Origin: Azolla caroliniana
Lineage: Eukaryota; Plantae; Polypodiophyta
Assembly (NCBI GenBank): GCA_043228905.1
Contig: JBHGNT010000009.1
Span: 6,758,001 to 6,822,000 of the forward strand
Reading direction: 5' to 3'
DNA length: 64,000 nt
Positions 52,224 to 64,000 of this stretch are shown here, one piece after another. Positions within the stretch are counted from its first letter, which is position 1, and every line of letters begins with the position of its first letter. The notes under the pieces were generated by a model, which worked only from the letters and a program-made list of their open reading frames with translations, searched no databases and had not been told where the DNA came from. Made by a program: the position numbers and the translations under genes.

Positions 52224-52257
<34 letters not shown>
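49420..52257 (+). mobile_element. 5'-truncated L1-clade LINE ORF2 (RT plus C-terminal zinc-binding region) ending in (GA)n
   Basis: LPNGKSLG.DGL, RPISL, YKIFTKVLANRL..LINPTQYGFIVGRNI, DLEKAYD, QGCPLS, LVDDS, RHLGYP, PKRLGGAGI; (GA)n tail 52227-52257. Confidence 0.9.
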
Positions 52258-52259
<2 letters not shown>

Positions 52260-52599
52260 CAACCCTTACATTCTATAATGGCATCTAGTGAATTAAGAGA
52301 TATGTGTGAAGTATGTGCACTAGAGACATGACAAAATTGGGGTTCGAACTCAACACATAGTGCATGTAGTATACAACTTACCAAACAAAAGAAAGAGAGA
52401 TAATTAGTTAAAGGCTTTTGGATACCCTAGTGTGAAAGAGTCAATTCTTTTGTAAAATACTACAAATATCATTTTTATGCCTTTTTGGATCTTCTTCTTG
52501 AAACCTAGGAGTTTTCTCTCGCACTTCATATGAGATTAACGTTAAGTGCTCATTTGAAGCAAAATGCAATTCTTCTTGTATGTGTTTTTGGTGATTCTT

Positions 52600-52950
52600 A
52601 ATTAATTGAAGTGTGAACCGTAGTTATCTTATTTATGTATGTTCGCATGTTATGTTAACTAATACGTTCAATGCTTAAGCCTTAGGAAGGCATTGCTGAT
52701 TTTCTTAGTTAAGAGAACTATTTGAGAGATGAGAGGAGTTCATAACGATTATGGTCTAAGTGTGCAAATAGCTTTCCAGTGCCTTAACAGTCACTCACAC
52801 CCATTTCGTGAACAAAAAGGATAATATAACAATCTAGTCCCGACACACAATTTTGGTAAATAGAGAGAACTCTAACCAAAACAAAGGCATGCATTTAGTA
52901 TGACACTGCTCGAGATGACACATCTTTTGGCACCATTGCCGAGGACTGAG
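52600..52950 (+). mobile_element. Athila/Tat-like gypsy LTR end plus degenerate PBS remnant
   Basis: ACATCTTTTGGCACCATTGCCGAGGAC resembles the tRNA-Asp PBS TGGCGCCGTTGCCGGGGA; left boundary unclear. Confidence 0.45.
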
Positions 52951-53879
52951 TTTGTCACTTGAAGTTATTAGTGAGCTTTTAGTAAGCTCCCATGGCAAAG
53001 TTCATATATGAAAGTGGAAGAAGTGAGAGAAAAAGGGATGTTGAGGGCATCCCAAAGAGAGTAAGATCATTGTTATTCGCTCTTCCCACCATCCAACAAT
53101 GATTAGCAGGCAACATGGAGTTCTTCACAATCACCACACTCATGTAGGACATCTAATTGCCTCCCCTCAATATTCGACAGCTCTAACGTCCTCCATTACC
53201 TACTTGCCAACATGCCAATACGCTTCATGCACCAACCTCCTCTGTCTCCCCATTAACCCCTATCTTCTTAAATGAATTAACTGTGCATTCAATGTGACGC
53301 ACCTCGAAACAACACAAACATGCACACAAGACCTTTGAATCCTTCATCACTTGGCTTAGAGATACCATCTTTAAGTGTCTGCAAATGTCCCATCATCCTC
53401 ACCTTTTCCCTATCCATACAAAGAAGTTCCATGTCTTAATTATACATGTTAACTATGTGTATCCCAAGTTCACAAATATAACATGAGAATCATGACAATT
53501 TGGCTTTTTCAACTTAAGTTCTAATGAAGCAAAAATTAATCGACGTGTATGAAATATGCTTTCTTCCCTTTTATAATATGTCAAGTAATTAAATAAAGTT
53601 CTCTCCAATAACAAATGGGTCAAACCATGCCATAATGCACCGAGAGAATATAATTACTTTTGACCACAATTTGTGTACTCGTTTTACAACTAATAAAAAT
53701 GGTGGATGCCTCTAGTGGGTCCCATAAAATCAATCCCCCCCACCCCCCTTTCCTCTCTGTATCACGAAAAATCAAGATCATGAATGTGAAGTCTCTCAAT
53801 AAGCGATATCGACAAGAAGTAGAAAGAGGGATATTGGAACCCTCCAATCACATACACCAATTAATTTTGTCATTCGTTG

Positions 53880-54742
53880 TTAGGAGTTTAGAAAGAGGGC
53901 CAATTGAGATCATTCAAGGAGTTTCTTAAAATGAGGATGCAATCAACACACATGATCCTACATCTTGAGACTTGATTGTTTCTTATTAAGGTAATGGGCA
54001 TGGAGAAGAGTTCTAAGGTACGTGTCGGTTGGGTAGTTGATATCAAAAGATGGTTCAAAAGAATGTTGGATGTAAACTACAAAAGAATCACAAGAGCAAA
54101 ATTCTCTCATCCAGTTGGGTAGTTGACATAAAAAATGGTTTAAAAGATGGGACGTGGAAGATCTCCTAGAGCTTTCAAGGGATGTTATGAAATATGTTGT
54201 TATTGAGGAAATATTAATGTACCCAATAAGGAAGAAGTGGAAAGATGCTAAAAGGATAAATTTAGAATATTACATTGCAAACATCAATCCTAAATGTTGG
54301 GTTCTATATAAGACCACAAGGCCTATTCAACCTTACCTCATTGCTAAAAGGAGTATCAATTCTCATAGATCCCTAACACTCCAACCTAGGTATTGGAGTT
54401 GCATTATGGAATTTAATAAGCCAAATATAAAGACATGTAAGGTATGCAAGGAAGGGCTAGTAGAGAATGAACATCACTTGCTTTTTACATGTTTTGCATA
54501 TACTGCAATAATCAATTTGTGATAGCTATGATGATATATTAAGAGGGAGTGATGACATGGGTATCATACTAAAGAGAACGCGTAGAAGGTTGAGCTCATG
54601 TGTAAGTTTTTATTCACACATTGAGACTTGGTGCTTCAAAGTATGAATATCCCTTCTAAGGAAGGAGACACACATCAAGATAACTTTTGTACTTAGTTCC
54701 TATGGGTCAATATTGGCCTCTCTAAGAATGCTAAAAACTATC

Positions 54743-54791
<49 letters not shown>
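53880..54791 (+). mobile_element. 3' fragment of a non-L1 LINE (RTE-X/L2-like) followed by (CT)n
   Basis: CKVCKEGLVENEHHLLFTCFAY CCHC motif; (CT)n at ~54746-54791. Confidence 0.6.
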
Positions 54792-54795
<4 letters not shown>

Positions 54796-55704
54796 TGTTG
54801 CCTCCAAGTACAGAACTATATTCTTCGCTAAATGAGGAAGCCAAACACATCAATACATATCTGAGCCCATCTCGTTGTTTGCCATTTGAACCATTGCTTC
54901 CAAGCGACTTAGATCATGCTCACTACATCAGTTATGCATTGAGGCACAAGTAATGAGAGCAGTCAATTATGCACACTTCGTCCCCTGAGCAAGTCCTTGG
55001 GGTCTCGAGTATCACGCTCTGATTACAATGCGCCTTTGCCATGTGATCACATTCGACTTTTGCTTTCCACACATCTTCGACCGAACCCCAATCCTTGCAC
55101 GAAATTTATCGCTCTCTTGATTATGAAATTCATTAGCGAAGTTCTTGAACAACAAGAGCCGGATGTCGCTTTCACATAATATATCCCGGAACTTATATGC
55201 AGTGAGTTCAACACTCGTCCTTGCCCTAGCCCTTACGGTCGCCCGTCCATCCGACCCTGTCTAGTCCAAGTCCAAGTCCAAGTCCAAGTCCAGGAGCTTC
55301 CATACTTTCTACTTCCATATTTAGAAGATTGAGAAGAATCCTCTCTCTTGATCAGAAAGAAGGTGAAGAGCTTGCTTCCATTGATTCTTCTGCTCCCACT
55401 CCCCTCCTTTGATCTTGATCTCCTTCCTTCCTTTATTCTTCTTCTATTTTTTAATCCATCCATGATTACACTTCTTCTTCCTTTTCCTTCGAGTTCTTTC
55501 AAGAATACCAAAAAAAGAAAGGGAGAAAAAAGAGAAGACCTCCTTCCCTCTCCCAAAATAGCATGATCGTATGTTTGCCTCTTGATCTCTGATGCTTCGA
55601 CGTTTCTGATTATCTTTCTGAATCATTCCTTTCTAATGGCTTCTGCTGAGGAGTAGAATTTAATCAGACACTAATCTGCTGATCTGGTTTTGAATTATCA
55701 AAAC

Positions 55705-55759
55705 ATGGATTTCATTTCAGGTAATCCAACAAAACTTAAAATATAGAACTTATTTCCCC

Positions 55760-55796
<37 letters not shown>

Positions 55797-57216
55797 CATT
55801 TATCTATATATAATATGTACAGAATGTCTGATCATGATTAACAATATTTCATTTAATCTTTGAATCGTTGACATTGTTACATCACCTTCTTTGTGCATGA
55901 AATCCATGATAATGCTTCATCTTTCTTCATTCAAACGTGTATGCGTTGACATGGTTAGATCATCTTTTGTGTTCATTGAGATCTTTATATTGTTCGTCAT
56001 TTCTTCATGTAAATGTTTCTTACCAACATGTACACAGTTAGATCATCTTTCCTGTACGTGGCAACCTTGCAAAGCTCAGCAGTTACTCCCTCAAAAGCTT
56101 TTCTTCGTCCTGAGTCATCCTTTGTACATTATTACATCATTGATCAAAACTAGGCTGTTACTGTATTGCTTTTTTAGAAATTTTATCACGGTGAGATCAA
56201 CTGTTAGAATTTTGTTTCTATCATTGACATGTATGTTTAACGTAGATCATTTGATTATTACAGATATGACACCGAATGCAAGGCCATTTATTCCAAATCC
56301 AAATTATAATCCTACAATAGATGATAATGAACTGATTCCAAGAATGTCCTCGAAGTTGAATCCGAATGCTCCTTTCTTTGAGCCTTTACACAAGAATGTA
56401 GAAGAAAATGTTTTCTTACCCCATACAATGTTCCATGATGAGGATATACTTGTAGCAGTTGAAGCTGAGGACTTGGATGAAGATATTTTCGATAATTCAG
56501 AAGAGTTTGTGTGCCATGAAACTAGAATCCTTCAAGATGATTGGAATTATGGAAGTGTTCCTCCGGAATGGAATAGTGTCGATGATTTCTCTTCAGAATG
56601 GTGGGAGCTAATTCAGAAAAACGTTTGCTTTCGAAAATATTGGTCAAGAGAGTATCAAGGTGAAGCTAGTGATATTTTTGGTGGGGAAGGATACTTTCTA
56701 GAGTCAGAATTCGTGAAAGAAAACGAATTTATCGAAAATGAAGTTACAGCAATGCGGAGTGTATCAGGTGAAAAGATCATGACTCTGGAAGGTATGAAAA
56801 ACTCCAGTATCCTTAACACCACCCTTTTTTGTCAGCTGGTTATATTGGGGACTGACTAATAGACATTAATTTAGCGTCAAAGAGATTCACATGACAAATT
56901 ATACCATAACCAAAGGGGCTTACAATTAGGTTCACATGAAAATCAACAGTTTGGAAGGTTAATTTAGAAATCTCTACTACTTATGAATTAATCCAAAAGG
57001 AATTTTAAATATTCTTTCTAGCTACCAGATAATTTTCCATACTTAGAAAAGTAGTAGGCTTTTAGTTATGCTCTTTTCATGTGGAAAGCCCGATATCTTT
57101 CCCTTTCCAATCTTTCTTCTTCAGTTAGATCATTCATACTAAATGTCTTTCTTGCAGAATCTCTTCACGTGGACCAAACACCCAAAGAACTGAAGGAATC
57201 AGAACGAGATCGCTGA
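55705..57216 (+). CDS. ERD15: ERD15/CID-like PAM2 (PABP-interacting) protein; exons 55705-55720, 56264-56791, 57158-57216
   Basis: two PAM2-like motifs (MTPNARPFIP, SKLNPNAPFFEP); ERD15 signature VDDFSSEWWELIQKNVCFRKYW; GT-AG junctions in phase. Confidence 0.8.
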
Positions 57217-57220
57217 GATG

Positions 57221-57364
57221 TAGCAAAGAATATTATACAATGTGTGAAAAAGCTTTGGGAAGTTCATCTACATTATACTTCACTATGTTTATCTCTAGCA
57301 AAGAATATTTATACAATGTGTGAAAAAGTCTTGTGAAGTTTATCTACATTATACTTCAATATGC
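57221..57364. repeat. ~75-bp tandem duplication in the ERD15-like 3' UTR
   Basis: TAGCAAAGAATATT(T)ATACAATGTGTGAAAAAG...CTACATTATACTTCA twice. Confidence 0.8.
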
Positions 57365-58730
57365 AGAATCCTTCTCAAGTGCTTGATAAGGTTAATTATA
57401 ATCTGTAAAAAACATAGGGCACAGTCACTAAAACACTACTTATGTGCTTGCGTTGTGTAAATATCTTACCTGATAAAAAAAAGAGTGTCCACAATTTTAT
57501 TGAGAAAGCTAATCCTGTCCAGGTATTTAAGAACCGTGTGTCTATGCATTAAATGCTCTGAAGCAGTCAAATGCATCAGATATATTTTGCTTTATGAAAG
57601 TCTCTGTATTTGAACCATGTATAAATAATAAAGTTCCGTTCATTGCCAACCTGGTTTTAGAGCACAAATTGGTTTAGGTTTGCCAAGTGATCTTTATACA
57701 AGGTTTAGGATGGAAGAAAGGTTAAACACAGAAACACTGAAATTAATGGATGCTACCAGAAGTATTATATGCTATTTTATTACAAGAATATATGCATTAT
57801 GCAAGGTAGGTGCTTGCCATCGTCGATTCGTCGTCAATAGTGAAGTACATGTTCTAAGCTTGCGAATGCTTTTTTGGAAGGCATACCAATTGAATACTGG
57901 ATATTCTACGTGAGTTAAGTTTTCAAAATTGTTGAAAACATAACGTCTTGTACCTCTCTATTATTACCAAAATTGTAATGATATTTCAATTCAAACCACC
58001 TACAAGAGGTTTGCTGTGGTGTACATAAGATCTACGATTAAATGATATCATTTGAGAGCTTTCCAACAGATGGTATTTGTCCAAGACTTTACACTGGTGT
58101 ATGGATTTCTTCGTTCTACAATTGATTTCCAACTTCCAAACCAACATCATTGAAAACTTTTAGAAATCAAACACATGCCATATCTTTCAGTTTCAATCTT
58201 CCTTTATGCGCTGCGCAGGTGGATTTATCTGGTTTTCTTTAATCTTGTTTTCTTCTGTAATATCTACTAAACATGTATGCATTTGAAGAAAGGATCTAAT
58301 AAGTCGGCTTAATGATTCTTTATTTTACCAAGTGAGAAAGAAATTTCTGTTTTCAAGTTACTACATATTCCTTGACATTTGCATACCAGATGCACTTCAA
58401 GCAATAGCGGTATAAGGGTTCTTTTATTGCTGCATGCAATGAGGAGAAATGTATTATGTTCTTCAAGAAGCTTGAGATATCGATCCTGAGTCCAAACTAG
58501 GTAGGTCCTCTAATTTTTAGAGGAACAATGAAGAACATTAAACCCTAAACCATAATTAGCTAATTGACAATCAAGCCTCCAGAAGGTGTATGCATGAAGC
58601 AAATGTTTGGTAATGCCTATGCCTTTGGATTGCTTGACAAAACCACAAATCACCAAAGACAGAAACAAAGATAACTCAAATAATGGTATACATAATATAA
58701 AAGCTTTTTTTTATACTTGTTCAGAGGAAA

Positions 58731-60005
58731 TCACTTCACACTGGTTTCCGAGAGCACAGATGCGAGACCATCATTTCTCTTCTTCCAGAATGGCTCCTCG
58801 GACACGCTTTTTTTTATATCACGCCTCTCTGATTTTGACAAAACCCTCAGATTCTCATCATTTTTAATTTCAAGAACTTCAGGAGGAGCACCACCGCAAC
58901 CCGAAGACATACCGACATCGACTCGGATGACACGGTTCATACATGCGCCATTGATGCCGAAAGGTTGCTGTATCGTATGCCCAACAATCATCCTTTTCGA
59001 GCCATGAATAGCTTCTAATGCTTTCTCTAACACCTCGCAATCACATAGCCTTTCTTTGATTTCCGAGTATTTCCTCACCCAGACGACAGCATCCCGGCCA
59101 TGGAGATAGTGAGGTCCAAAATGGCCCTTTTTACCTAGGATCCACTCTCGAACTTCTTCATTCATCCTCTCAAGACCATAATTGGCATGAGAAGGGAGTA
59201 TACCACCATGGGCAAAGACTGTTTTCCCGATCACTAAAACGGTGGGATGTTTCGAAAGAAATCGTGACGAGATTGGACCCCCAGGCCTTAATGCGGCAAA
59301 TCTCGCCTTCAAATGCGAAGGAATGGTATCAGGGATTTTACCATCATTATCAGCACTAAATAACCTATCTCTTCTTATACCATCACAGACCTCTTTCATT
59401 TTGTTGCCTCTCTCATACCAATAAGACCAATGCTGGAACTCTAGAGAGCTAGAGTGTGTGGCATACCTGAAATCGCCTTCAATGTTCATGATTTCATGGT
59501 TCCCATTCATGACTATGAGATCGCCCCCGCATTTCCGAGCTTGTCTGCCGAGCTTCTCGAGGAGATAGATGACCCGGAGCTCTTCTCCGCCCCGATCTAG
59601 GAGATCCCCAACTTGGACAACAGTCGTTTCGCCGCCGATCCATCGGTCTTTATCATCCATAACCCCAGCTATCTTTAGGGACTCTTTGGCTTTCGAGAGG
59701 TCGCCATGGATGTCTCCAATGGCAATGAGACGATCAACCGGAGGCCTGTATGTGGGTATTCTGTTATGTGCTACTCCATATCCTTCGCCAGGTGTGGATT
59801 TCTTCGTCCCCTCCTCGATGCCGTCTTCCTCCTTGCCTAAGAATTGGCCCCCAACAATGTAATCTACGAAGGTATCAACGAAAGAGGAGACCAGGGAGGG
59901 CAGTTCTCTGCAAACTGGGGGATCTTCATTGCTCTCTCCATGGCTAGGCCTTACAGGAGGAGGAGGAGGAGGAGGAGGAGGAAGAAGAGAGGAAAAGAGA
60001 GGCAT
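58731..60005 (-). CDS. SLP2: Shewanella-like protein phosphatase 2 (PPP family), intronless
   Basis: intact 424-aa ORF with GDIHGD, QVGDLLDRG, GNHE, FAHGG, IVGHTIQ, IRVDVGMS; N-terminal SSFVDTFVD motif. Confidence 0.93.
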   Translation of the reverse strand: MPLFSSLLPPPPPPPPPVRPSHGESNEDPPVCRELPSLVSSFVDTFVDYIVGGQFLGKEEDGIEEGTKKSTPGEGYGVAHNRIPTYRPPVDRLIAIGDIHGDLSKAKESLKIAGVMDDKDRWIGGETTVVQVGDLLDRGGEELRVIYLLEKLGRQARKCGGDLIVMNGNHEIMNIEGDFRYATHSSSLEFQHWSYWYERGNKMKEVCDGIRRDRLFSADNDGKIPDTIPSHLKARFAALRPGGPISSRFLSKHPTVLVIGKTVFAHGGILPSHANYGLERMNEEVREWILGKKGHFGPHYLHGRDAVVWVRKYSEIKERLCDCEVLEKALEAIHGSKRMIVGHTIQQPFGINGACMNRVIRVDVGMSSGCGGAPPEVLEIKNDENLRVLSKSERRDIKKSVSEEPFWKKRNDGLASVLSETSVK

Positions 60006-61296
60006 TCTTGGGTATTATTATCAGATTCAAGTGAAAATATGGGTAGGTTCTTCTAAATTTGTCTTTATGAAGAAGAAAGAAGAAGGAGCAAGAGGAATGA
60101 AGAAGGCAATATGTACATATATGCTTCTTCCTTTTCCTTTTGGCTTTTTGGAAATGCTCTGTTCTAATTAGGTTTATTAGATTTCACACACTAAAAGAAG
60201 GCATTCATTCATTCATTCATTTATTGGGCAGAGAAACAGAGTCTCGACGATTCATTCGGTCAATTGTGATCAAATTGTCTCCTGCCTCCTCACATACCTT
60301 TGCTATGATTCGATTCGATCCAATCGTTGGTTCCTCGGTCGGTTCGGGTCGGCTCAATTCGATTGATTAATTGTGTCCTTGTCTCTTCACATACCTTTGT
60401 TATGATTATGGATGTTTGTTTCTCTAGAGAATACATAATATTGTCCCCATTCTGTATCCTTTTGTCTTGCTTCTTGTATCACTCCAAGAATATATCATTG
60501 AAAAATTTTGCTCCCCCCCTCCCCCCTCGATTTCCCTTCGAAGAATCTTATGTTTCGGTCATTGAAAGTGGCCCGCTTGAAGAAAATGAGTTCATGCTTT
60601 TGCACTGTGTGGATAAAAAATCTCCAACATGGCTACATACCAATGAGGTGATGCACGAGCACTCACATATTTCCGCACTTTTGTGTATACATCCCCTAAC
60701 ACTTTCGACTACTCTGTTATTATCAGACTCCTTGACCGAGCAACTCCCCATTCGCACAATATAGTAAACTCATCACGTGATCTCATTTTGTTGCCGAATG
60801 GCTAAGTTCTAACCCTCGAGTAAATGCGAATGTTCTATCTACGAATGTGATTCACAAAGCAATAGAGAAGATAATAAGGGATGTGTGTGTGTGTTGTGTA
60901 AGCAAAAACGATGATGGATTATCAAGGAACCCAACCAACATAATGTTGACGGATTGCAGAGAATGGGGTAGTCTAGAGTTTCTGTGGGGAAGAAACTCTA
61001 GGGAAAGAGACATTCATACGAGACATTGACCCCACCATGTATTCCCAGTTGCTTGCGGACCCGATAGAAACCCAAAAAGCCGAAGCCGAACCACCCGACA
61101 TGAAATGACCCGAGCATGTGCCGATGCGATGACGTGGCACATGCCGAGGTCTAATGACCCAATCCGACGAATCAAAATTTTGGGTACCTTGGATTCCTAC
61201 ATTTTAAAGCCCTTTATTTTTATTTTTATTTTTCTTTGGGGTTTTTAATTTTTATTTTGGATTTTTGTGTTTTTCTTTTTGAGTCTATTTTCAAAC

Positions 61297-63736
61297 ATGG
61301 AAAAGGCTTCTCAAGGTGTGAAGAACTCCTCCCCTGAGAATGGCCATGGCCATGTCCATGAAGAAAGAAGAAGCTCTGTTGTACAAGGAGGTCCATGGTC
61401 TACCAGATCTGACATCGGATTTAAGGTGCAGAATTTGTTTTTCTTTCTTTCTGTCACACACACACACAACATCCTTTGCTTTTCTTTCTCTTCTTTGATG
61501 AATAGAATTGGTTTACATAACTTTCATGGGCTGTTTCTTGTTCACCTTTCTCTTCCTCTGTTATAGCTACTTCAAAAGTCCGGGTGGAAAGAAGGAACAG
61601 GATTGGGAGCTTCAGAACAGGTATGGATCCTTTCACACGCGTTTCCCAAAAACATGTTGGTAATTCATACCCATTTCTTCATTGCAAATCAATTGATCTT
61701 TTGCTTTTTTATTTATCAAATTTTATGTTTTATATGTTATTGTAGTTTTTTGCTCATTGCATGTGGTCATCCCATTTGTGTGTTTAGATTGATATGTCTG
61801 CTTTTAGAGGAAAGCTTTGCAATACGCCTGAGTCTGTCTTTATTTCTTCAACTGCTCCAAACCTAAGTCTTCATTAATTTCCCCCAACTGCACCTCAGCA
61901 AAACCCATCTAGAGCAACTATATGCTGCTACTTTATGCAATTGCTTGGTCAATTGGTCCCCTTTTCCACTCTTTTGGGGGTGGATCAAGGACACATAGGG
62001 GCAGTAGGGCAAATGTAGAGAGGGCATTTGGAGCTTTTCTGTTTATTATATTTAGGAAGCCAAGGGATTCTTTTGCATATTTAGTGCTCAACCCATATGC
62101 ACTGTGGTTCATATTTCATTGTTAACGTATATGTTTTGAAAATGTAAAATAGTTCTTGCATCCTTATGGCTTTTTTCTTTTTATATGTTGGCTGAGCTTG
62201 TTTGATGATATATTGTGAGGCCTTGGATAAATGTCTCTAAAGATGCGAAAGAAGCTTCTAGAAGTATTCAGATATAAGCACTGCCATTGGATCATTCATG
62301 TGAAGGACTATCTTATCATTCCTTGTATATATGCAATATTCAAAGCATGTACAAGGATCACATACTTCGAAACGAAGTCCTAGCGGAACTCCATGTACTT
62401 GATATTAGTATGCAACAAGAAGATGTTTCTTTGAACTGTGAAACTGGTGTTGTATCAAAACATCCCAATTTGAAGAAAAAAAAGCATTTTAACCACATTA
62501 ATCCAAAATGGAGCCATCCATTTTCTTTTCCTTTTTTCGAAAATATCATTTTTGTAATCCTTAAGTCTTGATGATAGCAAGCAACAAAGAAGTGGATACT
62601 CAATACCATGATGGAAAAGGGTTCATGATGAAATACTTAATTCATTGTGAAACATGGGTCTGATTATATATTGAAGGGCTTTAGTTGGGTGCCCGTTCAT
62701 ATGACAATGAGAGATCATGTTATGTCTCATTTAATCACATATAACGCATAGGCATTATAACTAGGTAAAAAATGTCGCATTTGTGCTTCCAACATCTAGG
62801 AATCATTACATTGGCGTACACTGCCACAGCATCTGTCTTCACTTAGATATTATATATACATATACATCTGTGCCGTATCTGAATGATTCCAAATAATGAC
62901 TTTTTGAAACAAGAACTTTTTTCTTTTCCAAACATGGTACATATCTATCTTAAATTTAGAACCTAGTTGATTTTACAGGAGATGTTTAATCATCTCAAAA
63001 CTCTAAATCAAACCTAGCCATAGGCAAAGTATTTGAAAGTCAAGTTTTAAAAGAAAGTTTGAGAAGGGTAGTTTTGCAAAGCCAGTTTATAAATCCAAGG
63101 TCTGATCCTATTTTTCATTTATAAATCCATGGGTTCCAGCTGCAAATGCAAAACTGTGTTTCAAAAGAAGTTTGTGAGATGTTTCAATAGGGTTCGACTA
63201 GGAATGAGTTTGTGAAGTCTTGAAAGAAAAAAATAGAAGTGCGTAATGCATAGAGAAAGCTTGAAAGTAGAGAGAGTTTATAGGAGATTTACCCAACAAT
63301 ATCCCAAAGTCTCTCCATCAAGTTATTGACTAGAGCTACTGTGGGTCGACAATGTATTATATTTACACTATTGCCAAATACCATTTATGGAATCCATTAG
63401 TCTCTCATAGTATCCCTAACTTGGATAGATTTGCGATCCATCAACTAACTATCTTGGTTATATTTTCATGTCGGGGTTATTGTATGAACTATTGTTAAAC
63501 CATTATTGCATGAATTATCCTTATGACTATGATGCTCTTGTACGGAAGTAAGTGTATTGCATCTTCAACCCAAGTTTATGTTTTTATTCTTTTAGGGGAG
63601 GTTGGAGCCACTGGATGTGGTAGTGAAAAATGACAAGAGAGGAATAGGTGCATCTAAATTGCCAGCAGCAAAGAAAATATACGAGGCCCCAAAACAAAGA
63701 GAGGTGGACTCAAGTAAAGCCAAACAAGAATTTGAG
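61297..63736 (+). CDS. G-patch domain protein, 5' exons 61297-61425, 61567-61620, 63596-63736; continues beyond the window
   Basis: spliced product SDIGFK|LLQKSGWKEGTGLGASEQ|GRLEPLDVVVKNDKRGIG is a G-patch consensus; GT-AG junctions in phase. Confidence 0.88.
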
Positions 63737-64000
63737 GTAAATGTAAGGTTTTTGATAACAAATATTAAGACAAAATTATCAAAACCTCATTCCAGTTTTA
63801 CCATAATTCCTGGAATGCCCCTCAATTTTTTGAATGCCCTATTATTAAAAACAATTATTTCCTAGTATGGTGGCATTTTGATATGTTTGCCTGTTAGATT
63901 ATCAATTTTATTTTATTTTTTTGGCATTTGGAGAATTTTGGTAATCTTGAGTGGCTTTGGGAATCATGGTAAACAACAGATGCATTTTTTGAATTTGGGA

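Noticed and set aside
55891-56263. N-terminal 124 aa of the 322-aa ORF
   Set aside because: Lies within intron 1 of the ERD15-like gene; the acceptor is at 56263
60327-60764. 145-aa ORF between SLP2 and G-patch
   Set aside because: No recognisable domain on either strand

Overview
Eukaryotic land-plant genomic DNA, probably a seed-free plant such as a fern (inferred from TE families and gene style). About 70% is nested, decayed transposons: four Ty1/copia copies, a chromodomain Ty3/gypsy, several solo LTRs with TSDs, three LINE remnants, and a Penelope-like element with a minimal hammerhead ribozyme. Four host genes are recognisable: a 10-exon polyamine oxidase with a GC-AG intron, an ERD15-like PAM2 protein, an intronless SLP2 phosphatase, and the 5' part of a G-patch gene. 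The most interesting structure is at ~4960-11300. After removing three LTR insertions by their TSDs, a spliced minus-strand pseudogene emerges that encodes a ParB/Srx-like domain fused to a beta-class amino (m6A/m4C) DNA methyltransferase (DIPY motif, NPYQKP motif). It lies head-to-head with a Sola-like DDE transposase, separated by an array of 20-bp inverted-repeat motifs. This suggests a DNA transposon carrying its own prokaryote-type DNA methylase. All calls are by eye, with no database searches.
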